DNA of 64,000 bases from positions 186,001 to 250,000 of the forward strand of contig UYFQ01000723.1 in assembly GCA_900617105.1 (NCBI GenBank). Direction: 5' to 3'. The notes under the pieces were generated by a model, which had not been told where the DNA came from, made no database searches, and worked only from the letters and a program-made list of their open reading frames with translations. Positions within the stretch are counted from its first letter, which is position 1; the number at the start of each line of letters is the position of its first letter. This document shows, piece by piece, positions 54,247 to 64,000 of the stretch. Source of the stretch: Hydrurus foetidus (taxonomy: Eukaryota). Made by a program: the position numbers and the translations under genes.

Positions 54247-55302
54247 ATGAAAAAAAGTACATTTACAATTTTAGGTTTATTATCCTTAGTGGTAATGCTA
54301 AGTTCTGAGTTAAAACAAATACAGATGCAAATGGTAGAACTGGCAGCTCTACAGCTGGTTGTGGTGGCGGATGTCATACAACGCAAGCAGGAACAGTAAC
54401 TTTATCTGGACTTGCAACCACAGTGTTACCAAGTACCTTATACACTTTTAATCTTGTTTATACACCTGGTGCGTCTGAAAAATATTGGGGCTTAGACATT
54501 AAAGCATCTACTGGTACACCGCAGCAGCAACAGAATGAAAATCTGGTACAGAAGTTACACATTCTGCACCAATGGGGGTACAACTGCTCCTAGCTATACA
54601 TATACTGGCATAAAATGGACATCTCCGGCAGCTGTAGGTGCTGTTACATTTAGTTTTGCTTGTGTTGGAAATACAGTAAACAACACTTCTAATGGTGCTC
54701 GTTGGCAGTTGGGTGCATTTTCTACATCAGTTGTTTTGCCTGTAGAATTTATTGGCTTTAATATTGCTACTACTGGTAATAATAAAATTAACATCACTTG
54801 GAAAAACAGCTACAGAAATTAATACAGATCATTTTGAAGTTGAAAAAAGTATTGATGGAAAAACTTCAATTTCTTAACGAAAGTAAATGCATCTGGCAAT
54901 TCTCAAAGCAAAACTTACAGCGTTTCAGACTTATTGGATAATACAGCAGATCTTTTTATTACAGAATAAAATCGGTTGACAAAGATGGGGCTGCTCAATA
55001 TTCAAATGTTCAAACTGTAAGTGCAAAAACAAAGGGTACTTATGTTAACAATGTTTATCCTAATCCAGCTAAAATTGGACAAGATGTAAATGTTGAAGTT
55101 GTTACAGATAAAGATCAAATTGCAAGCTTTACCATAATTAATGCACAAGGTAAAATTGTAAGTAGTAAAGAAAAATGTTTCTCAAGGATTTAATAAAGTT
55201 GGATTAAAATTGAGCAACTTTTTAACAACAGGAAATTATTATATGCTAGTTAAAGTTGGTAACGAACCAAGCAAACAAATTAGCATTTCAATTGTAGAAT
55301 AA
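54247..55302 (+). CDS. T9SS-secreted Reeler-like (choice-of-anchor V-like) protein with CX3CH motif
   Basis: NGRTGS..GCGGGCH, EVTH, KWTSPA, LPVEF..WKTATEIN, VYPNPA. Confidence 0.72.
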
Positions 55303-55328
55303 ATTTTATCATCAAAGAATAATTTAAA

Positions 55329-55727
55329 ATGAAAAGAGTCAGAATTTTTTTATGGGAATAGCAACAATCTGTTGCATCACCATTCTCATCAAGTTGTGTA
55401 AATAATAAAAAGATGTTTTGTTTGCCTGCGATTCAACAAATGTTTCGTTCACTAAACACATAAAACCAATTTTGGTTAATAATTGTAACAGCTGCCATTC
55501 TGCTGCTAATGCTCTAAATCTTGGCGGTGGTATTACCTTAGAAACATATACAGACATTATAAACTCTGGATATGCTGATGATTCTACAACTCTAGCAAAT
55601 GGTGGAGATGGTGGAAGATTTGTTACTGATGTTCAAACTGGGATAATGCCAAAGACCGGATCCAAATTGTCAGATTGTGATGCAACAAAAATTAAAACTG
55701 GGTTTTGAGGGATCAAAAGATAATTAA
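55329..55727 (+). CDS. Mono-heme cytochrome c lipoprotein
   Basis: SSC lipobox; VSFTKHIKPIL..NCNSCH; distal MPK..KLSDC. Confidence 0.8.
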
Positions 55728-55743
55728 TAACAAAAACTATAAA

Positions 55744-56274
55744 ATGAAAAGATAGTATTAATCGCAACTATTTGCATAGCATCAATAGTTAGTGTGAAAG
55801 CTCAAGAAAAATTTACAAAACCAAAAGTGGTATCGTCAAGTTTTTCAAATACAGCCTTAGAAAAATTGAAGGCATAAATAGTCAAGTAACTTGTATGTTA
55901 AATGATAAAATGGGCAGTTTGTTTTTATTATTGCAAAAGGTTTCAAGTTCGACAATTCACTTATGGAAGACCACTATAATGAAAATTATATGGAGAGTAC
56001 TAAATTTCCAAAGCAGATTTCAAAGGAACTGTTACAAATATTTCCACAGTAAATTTTGCAAAGATGGTGTTTATCCTGTTACAGTTGAAGGTAATTTAAC
56101 TATTCACGGTGTAACAAAAAATTACTCAAACAGGAACTATTGAAGTTAAAGCTGGAAAAGTAACAGCCAAAAGCATCTTTAAAATCAAAGTAAAATTTTG
56201 GAATTAAAGGTGAATATATTGGTGACAAAATTGCAAACGAAGTTGAGACAACTGTAATTTGCAAATTCGATTAA
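55744..56274 (+). CDS. YceI family protein
   Basis: LMEDHYNENYMESTKFP, VEGNLTIHGVTK. Confidence 0.85.
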
Positions 56275-56291
56275 TTAATAAAATAATAAAA

Positions 56292-57208
56292 ATGAAAAGA
56301 TACTTTGGTATTCTAACAATAATAACACTGGCAACATCATTCAATAATGTAAAAGCCCAGGTTGATTCAACAAAAAAGCTGTTGATTTATTTGCAGACTT
56401 AGATAATGAAGCAAAAAACAGATGCAAACACCACTGATTATACAACTGCAACCTTTAAAAGCACAAGAGTTGTAAATGGTCATTCTATAGAAACAATAGG
56501 AAAATATAATTTAGATTTTAGAATTTCTCACCGTTTTGGATATCTAAATTCTGGAAGTTATAATTTGTTTGGATTAGATAATGCAACAATGAGGATGAGT
56601 TTGGATTATGGCGTTTCAAACAGACTATTGGTAGGCTTTGGCAGAAGCACTGTTGATAAAGAACTTGATGTTTATGCAAAATATAAATTCCTACGTCAAT
56701 CAACTGGCAAAGTAAATATGCCAATTAGTTTAACAGGTGTTGTATCTGCGATGAACTACGCACTTAAAAGCACTGATGATATAAGTTTTACCAATAGAAT
56801 GTCATATTCTTACCAATTGCTTTTGGCGAAAATTTAGTGACAATGTTTCTCTACAATTAATGCCTACATTGGTTCACATCAATTTAGTTCCACTATCAAG
56901 CAACGATAATAATTTATATTCTTTAGGTATTGGTGGCAGAGTAAAAATATCAAAAGTAGCTATAACTGGAGAATATTTTCATCAGTTTAATAAACTTGAT
57001 GGAATGACTAATTCTCTATCATTTGGTGTAGATATTGAAACTGGTGGTCACGTATTTCAGTTGCATTTGCAAAATTCTACAGGTATGACTGATAGAGCAT
57101 TTATTACCAATACAACTGGAGATTGGGGCAATGGAGATATTCACTTTGGATTTAATATTTCTAGACTTTTGTTCTAAAAAAATCAGCAGGCGCAGAAGTA
57201 GTTACTAA
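56292..57208 (+). CDS. DUF5777 family beta-barrel protein
   Basis: FKSTRVVNGHSIE, FRISHRFG, FGLD, GVDIETGGHVFQL, FGFNISR. Confidence 0.85.
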
Positions 57209-57222
57209 TTAAAACAGATTGG

Positions 57223-57253
57223 AAAAGGCAGTACTAATAAGTGCTGCCTTTTT
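57223..57253 (+). terminator. Terminator closing the redox cluster
   Basis: AAAAGGCAGTAC...GTGCTGCCTTTT. Confidence 0.75.
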
Positions 57254-57361
57254 AGTGTGTTTATGTTGATTCTCCTTTTTAAACCATATCATTACCACTT
57301 ATACTAGAAAATAAACTTTGGCAACACTATTTCATCGAAGTTTGCCAAATAATAAATTACA

Positions 57362-59956
57362 ATGAGAAACATTTTTAGCAGCATTTTGTATCCTTCTTTC
57401 TGTAAATTCTTTCTACAATTTCCCGGGGCGGCAATGGGAACTGGGGGTGGCAGAATGGGAGGACAAATGAACGTAGGGCATTTTATGGCAAATTAGTTGA
57501 CAACAAAACCAACAAAGGAATTGGTGGCGTAACTATTCAACTAAAGGCAACAAATTTGATACAATTACTAAACAACTTAAAAGAAACTATTTTAAAAACA
57601 GTTATCACTGAAATAATGGTGATTTTAGTTTTAGAAGCTTAACGTTTTTGGAAATTTTAAATTTAAGCAACTGCTATTGGTTATAAAACTTTAGAAACAC
57701 AATTAAGCTTTGGTATTAAAATGCCACAAGGTGGGTGGAGCTCAGATGCTAGCACAATGCAGCAAATGATGAGTTTGACAGACAAAGATTTAGGCAATTT
57801 AAAATGGAAGCAGTGCCACAGATTTAGGAACAGTTACTGTTTCAACATCTGCTAAACAACAATTTGAATTGGGTATTGATGAAAGATTTTTAATGTGATA
57901 AGAGCCTAGTTGCTGCAGGGCAAACAGCTGCTGAATTAATGAAAAGCATTCCATCTCTTTCTGTAGATATTGATGGTAATGTTACCCTTAGAAATGCTGC
58001 TAACAATTTTGTTGATGGCAGGCCAACCACACACTTGATCAAATTCCTGTTGATATTATAGATAAAGTAGAAATCATTACAAATCCATCAGCAAAGTTTG
58101 ATGCAAGTGGTGGAACAGCTGGCATATTAAATATCGTATTAAAAGAACAAGAAAAATGGTTACAATGGTAATGTTCGTGCAGGTATTGATAGTCGTGCAA
58201 AGTTAATTTAGGTGGAATATTAATCTTCGTCAAAACAAAATCAACTTTTCTGCAAGTGCAAACTACAATCAACGAAAATCAATTTCTACTAATATTTCAA
58301 ATACACAATTGTTTCAACCAGACACATCAATTTATTCAAATGATGAGCAAACCAAATAATGGATATTTGCTTTCCTTAGAAGTGGAATAGATTATTTTAT
58401 TGATAACAAATACGATTACAGTTAATGGTAGTTATCAAAATGGTAATTTTAAAACAGATGGTTTACAAACTATAGATTCTTCAAATACTTCAAAATATTC
58501 TACAACAAATAGAAATACTTACACCGATTTTGAAATGAAGAATTATGGCGGACAATTGAGTTATAAACACAACTTTGCTCAAAATGGTCATAGTTTAAGT
58601 GCAGATGTAAATTACAACTACAGTAAGAATAATAGAAATTCAGATATTGGAAGTTACAATATTGCCACACCAAAACAATACATTTCAACAAAATACAATT
58701 GGTAAAGGATTAAATAAATTTTTGACAGTTCAAACAGATTATGAAAAACTAATTACCGAAAATACCAAATTTGAGGCGGGTGCAAGAGTTGCTAGCAGAA
58801 ATTTTGAAACAGAAAATTATCAGTATGTATTTGGCAATCTAAATAAGATATCTAGCAATCGCTATAAATTCATCGATAATGTTTTGCTGCATATACAACT
58901 TATAGTTTCAAACTAAAGAAAACGAGTTTTCAATTAGGTTTAAGAGCTGAGAGTTCTGATTATACAGGAACCCTTCAAACACTTGCTGGTATCGATTCTT
59001 CATCATTCAACATTAAGTATGCTATTAGTTTATTTCCTAGTGCATTTGTTACACATAAATTGACTGATAAAGACTTGCAAGTAAATTATTCTCATAGAGT
59101 AAATCGTCCAAACTTCTTTCAGTTATTGCCATCTTACGATTTTACAGATCCGCAAAATCCATCAGTAGGCAACCCAAATTTAAGGCCAGAGTTTACACAT
59201 TCATTTGAATTATCGTATAATAATGCATATAAAAACAAGCTAATTTTTTAGCATCTGCATACTTTAAATACAGCGAAAATTTAATCACTCGTTATATTTA
59301 TAAAGATATAAACCGCAATATTGAAGGAGCAACAGATAGTCTTTACTATGGTAGTTATATCAACGCAAATAATAGCTTTACTTACGGGTTAGAATTAACC
59401 AATAAAATGCCTGTTACCAAGTGGTGGGATTTATTGTTGAATTTTAATCTTTTTAGCACAGAATTAATGCTACAATCCTAATCAAACTATTGATAATACT
59501 CAGTTAAGTTGGTTTAGCAAAGTGAATAGTACTTTCAAACCAGCAAAAGGTTTAAGCCTTCAAGTTACTTGGGATAGCCGTAGCAAAACCATTATTCCAC
59601 AAAGTGGTGGTGGAGGAAGAGGTGGTGGTGGAGGAGGAATGTTTGGTGGCGGTAGCCAAACTCTTGCTCGGGATATACTTTACCAAGAAGATTTGATGTT
59701 GATGTTGCTTTACGTAAAGAATGGACTTGGAAAAATGGACAAAGCGGTTCCGTAAATTTAAGTATCAACGATATTTTAGAACCAAAACACAAACAGAAAC
59801 CAACGCATATTATTTTTCCTCAAAACACAGAAAGATTGCGTGACCCTCAAGTGGTTCGCTTAAACTTTAACTATCGTTTTGGCAAAGTAGATGTGAGTTT
59901 GTTTAAACGAAAAATACAAAGCTGATCAAGGTGGTGGAATGGATATGATGCAATAA
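57362..59956 (+). CDS. TonB-dependent receptor / outer-membrane beta-barrel protein
   Basis: IPSLSVDIDGNVTLR, VEIITNPSAKFDA, NYSHRVNRP, GNPNLRPEFT, RLNFNYRFGK. Confidence 0.88.
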
Positions 59957-59961
59957 AATTT

Positions 59962-59996
59962 TAAAAGAGGCAGTAATAATTACTCGCCTCTTTTTA
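59962..59996 (+). terminator. Terminator
   Basis: AAAAGAGGCAGTAAT-A-ATTACTCGCCTCTTTT. Confidence 0.65.
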
Positions 59997-60103
59997 TTTC
60001 ATTTAATTAACCTTGATAATATTTTATATAAAAGTAAATCCAAATAGTAAAAAAAAGCAACACCTAAACAGATTCTTTACTATTGCATTGTAAAACGAAT
60101 ATT

Positions 60104-61741
60104 ATGCAAAATTCATTCTCTATAACAGCTAATCTAGTTGACATTCTTAATAAAAATCTATCCTGCAGAAGTTGTTATCGAAAACAAAATCATCAAATCA
60201 ATAACACCAATCAACCAATCAACCAATCAACCAATCAACTATATTCTGCCTGGCTTTATCGACGCTCACGTTCACGTTGAAAGCAGTATGTTAATACCAA
60301 GTGAGTTTGCACGTTTGGCTGTTGTGCGTGGTACAGTTGCTACTATTAGCGACCCACACGAAATAGCTTAATGTATGTGGAATGGAAGGTGTAGAATTTA
60401 TGATTGATAATGGCGAACAAGTAAATTTCAAATTCAATTTTGGTGCTCCAAGCTGTGTGCCTGCAACCATTTTGAAACTGCTGGAGCTGCTTTAAACAGT
60501 AATGATGTAAAGAAACTATTACAGAAATGAAATAAAATACTTGAGCGAAATGATGAATTTCCCTGGTGTTTTATACAAGGATGAAGAAGTGATGAAGAAA
60601 ATTCAATATGCAAAAGAACTAGGCAAGCCTGTTGATGGTCACGCTCCAGGATTAAGAGGAAACTGCAAAACAATATATAGATGCTGGAATTTATACAGAC
60701 CACGAATGTTTTACAAAGAAGAAGCTCTCGACAAACTCTCTTATGGAATGAAAATTTTAATTCGTGAAAGGGAGTGCTGCAAAAACTTTGGAAGCATTAA
60801 TTGATTTGTTGAACGATTATCCAGATATGATAATGTTTTGTAGTGATGATAAACATCACGATAGTTTGGTATTAAATCACATCAATGCTTTGTGTGCAGA
60901 GCTATAGCCAAAGGCATAGATATTTTAAAGTATTGCAAGCAGCTTGTATCAATCAATCCATCATTATAAACTAGATGTTGGAATGTTGCGTGTTGGTGAT
61001 ATTGCCGATTTTATTGTTGCAGAAGATTTAGTAAATTTCAACATTAAGGCAACATATATCAATGGAGAATTGGTTGCAGAAAATAGCAAATCATTCATTC
61101 AATCACAACACGTTGAACCTATCAATCAGTTTGATTGTAATAAAATAATTGCAGATGATTTAATTGTTGCTACAAAGATTTTCCTAATGCTACTATTCCT
61201 GTTGAAGCATTAGATGGACAACTAATTACAAACAGAATTGAAGTATTGAGAGATTTATTGTGGATACTAGTTCTCAATTCCTAATTCCTAATACCCAACA
61301 CGACATTCTAAAAATGGTTGTCATTAATCGTTATCACAATGCACCTATTGCTAAGTGTTTTATAAAAATTTTGGATTAAAAAAGGAGCATTAGCAAGCAC
61401 TGTGGCACACGATAGTCATAATATAGTTGCTGTTGGTGTTGATGATGAAAGTTTAGCAAAGGCAATTAATTTAGTCATCCAAGCAAAAGGTGGTGTAATG
61501 TGCAACTGATGCAAATAAATCAATGATTGTTGCCTTACCTGTTGCAGGTTTAATGAGTGCAGAAGATGGATATAAAGTTGCGGCAGATTACACAGCTATT
61601 GATAAAATGACGAAGAAGATGATTTAGGCAGCACACTACTATCTCCATTTATGACTTTAAGTTTACTAGCTGCTTGTAATCCCTCATTTAAAATTGAGCG
61701 ATAAGGGTTTATTTGATGGAGATAAATTTCAGTTTGTATAA
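60104..61741 (+). CDS. ade: Adenine deaminase
   Basis: [55 protein letters not shown]. Confidence 0.93.
60206..60241. repeat. (ACCAATCA)4ACTA inside ade
   Basis: Identical to 13589-13624 in ispG. Confidence 0.92.
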
Positions 61742-61747
61742 ACCATC

Positions 61748-61838
61748 GAATACAGATATACAAATGCTACAGGTTTGCACTTTAAATGATTCCAACTAAA
61801 AATCATGAAAATCATTTTAATCTCTTCAATCTGTGTTC
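61748..61838. repeat. Imperfect inverted-repeat element
   Basis: GAATACAGAT ... AATCATGAAAATCATTTTAATC...ATCTGTGTTC. Confidence 0.55.
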
Positions 61839-61923
61839 CATTATAATTCAGTAAACATAATTTTTACTTAAAAAACGTTATAAGTTAAATTTGGTTACCG
61901 TATCTAATACCTGTTAAAATACA

Positions 61924-63291
61924 GTGCTATACTTTCAAATTGTGGGCTACAATATTGCTCACGTTGCTTTGTATGCAGCAAGTTAAGGCACAAAACCATA
62001 AAGTTTCTAACAAAATGCAGCAACAACAGTTGCAAAGCGATTTTTCTTCTCAACCTAAAGATAAAACATCAATCACATCATCAATCATTCCATTTGAAAA
62101 AAGATGGCGTTTATGATGCAAAAGCAGAAGAATTGGTTACACTTAAACTTCAAAATAATTTAAAGGTTGAACAGGTTGGAAATATTTTAATGCAAATTTC
62201 TAACAGCACGGAACGGTTCTTTACAAAGAACCTATCCATTCTCTATAAAAAGAAAGGTTCTTTTCAAAAGATTATGTGTTTGCAACTGGGCAATTTCGCC
62301 CGGCTATTATATATCTAGTATGAGTATTTTGTCTAATACTTATGCCGATGTTGCAAGTTATAATTTTGGATATGAACCAACCAAAGTGGTTTCTAAAATT
62401 AATTCCCTAGTGATTTTGTAAACTTTTGGGAACAAGCAAAAAGAGAACTGGCTTCAACTGCACCAAACTATGCAGTTACGCCTCGTCAGATTTGTCAAAT
62501 AAATTTAGCGATGCTTATGAAGTAGAATATAAATCTACCGACAAAGCAATTATTTATGGCTGGTTAACTATTCCAAAATAGTAAAACCGCCCTGTTTTAT
62601 ATAAAATTTCAGATTATCAAAGTGAGTTAGCACCAGAATTAAGAAGAGATGTTGCTGTGCTTTGTATCAATACTCGTGGCACTGGTGCAAGTAATCAAAA
62701 CTACAATTTTGCTTATGACCAATTGGGTGTTTATAATTTAAAAGATAGAAACAGATACTTTTAAAGGGAACTTATTTAGATGCTTTTAAGAGGTTAGATT
62801 TTATAACCACTTATGCATCTCAAATGGATTAGACACTAGAAAATTGTAGTAACAGGTGCAGGGTTAGGTGGAGCAGTTGCTGGAGTTATAGGAGCAATAG
62901 ATTCTAGGCCATCGGGTGTTATTATGGAAGGTCCTTCCTTTATTGGAATGAGAGATATGATTAATTTTAGTGAAGGAATGACTAGCACAAGTTTTCCTGC
63001 ATCAATGTTTAAAAACTATTGTGGCAACCAAAAATCTTCAAAAGAATCTGTAATTAAAACCTTAGAATATTTCGATCCTATTTATTTTGCACCTTATATC
63101 AATTGCCCAACTTTAGTTGGGTTTAGTTTACATAATACAAACGTGCCTGCACAATGTGTTTATACTTTTATTAATCAACTAAGGTTTTCAAAAAAAGATG
63201 TTTATGAGTGTAAAGATTGTGGCAATAGTTTAGATAAAAGGTTTATGGTTTAAAAGAAACTTGGATTAAAGAAAGATTTGGTCAACCTTAA
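61924..63291 (+). CDS. Acetylxylan esterase (CE7)-like protein, catalytic triad apparently lost
   Basis: PSDFVNFWEQAK.EL, IYGWLTIP, YLDA.RG.DF, TLEYFD...FAPYINCP; GAGLG in place of GxSxG. Confidence 0.75.
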
Positions 63292-63320
63292 AATAAATAT
63301 AACTTTATAAAAATTCATTA

Positions 63321-64000
63321 ATGAAAAATAGAATATTCAAAACCATACTAACACTAGCTATTGTACTGTGTTTTACACAATCTAGCTATGCTGGTTTCCT
63401 ATTGGTAATGGTCGCTGGTTGTTAGTGCCAACCTATACACGTTACACTGCTGATAGTTATTGGGATGCCACAGGAATATCCACACCTTATCCTAACAATG
63501 GACGTTTTACATCTAACTATTTTGGATTATTTGGTGGCGTAGGAATTGGTAGAGATGTAGATTTATTGTTTAACATCCCCGCAGTTTCTCAACGATTTAC
63601 TGAGAATGGAGTTGATGTAGAAACGCCTTTACAAACAACGGGGATATTACTATAGGACTAAGCTATTTTCTTAATCACTTCGATTATTATAAACATCTTT
63701 CTATTACAGGTTCTTTAATTGTTCCAACATATCCAGCAATTGAAGGAACCAATCTTTGCCAGGATATGCATCCGTTGGATTAGAGGCAAAAATTGGTTTA
63801 GCTGGTACCCAATACAAAAGTTTAAAAGATACTTACTACGATTTAGAAGCTGGACTTAGAACTTATTTTAATGCAGGCGGTCCAACTCAATTTTTCGCAA
63901 ACGCAACACTAGGTGTTCCAATAGATGATGGTTCTTGGAAGATTAGCGGTACTTTAAATTTTTTAACATCAAGCAGTAGTTCTAATAATTTCAAAACACC
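63321..64000 (+). CDS. Hypothetical secreted/outer-membrane protein (runs off the window)
   Basis: Signal peptide SSYAG, alternating beta-strand-like segments. Confidence 0.55.

Noticed and set aside
59600..59655. GGT/GGA trinucleotide repeat
   Set aside because: Simply encodes a Gly-rich loop of the TonB-dependent receptor.

Overview
AT-rich bacterial chromosome segment, almost certainly Bacteroidota and Chitinophagaceae-like (SusC/SusD pair, several T9SS C-terminal domains, TAnnTTTG promoters, fused E1 alpha/beta, long-form IspG). Nearly every gene, including essential ones, is broken by 1-bp indels at homopolymers. This looks like an unpolished long-read consensus, so genes are called as intact CDSs with boundaries stitched across frames (approximate). 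Content is mostly housekeeping (ubiX, E1 dehydrogenase, clpB, tgt, ispG, nadB, tRNA-Gln, scpA, mscL, ppk2, paaABCD, lysA, mdh, ade, M16 peptidases) plus four ECF sigma modules. No CRISPR, integrase, transposase, reverse transcriptase or phage genes were seen. Best candidates for undescribed biology: (1) a cell-envelope redox cluster beside an ECF sigma (Rieske lipoprotein, T9SS Reeler-like protein with a CX3CH motif, cytochrome c lipoprotein, YceI, DUF5777 barrel; 51.7-57.2 kb); (2) tandem constant-N/variable-C DUF1566 proteins with a T9SS partner, next to an 11-bp-phased inverted-repeat intergenic region (14.7-18.9 kb); (3) short repeat elements inserted inside coding sequences, including an identical 36-bp unit in ispG and ade; (4) a systematic CATG to CGTG/CACG signature suggesting CATG methylation; (5) a CE7-like esterase that appears to lack all three catalytic residues. 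Family names are recognised from motifs by eye, not from database searches.
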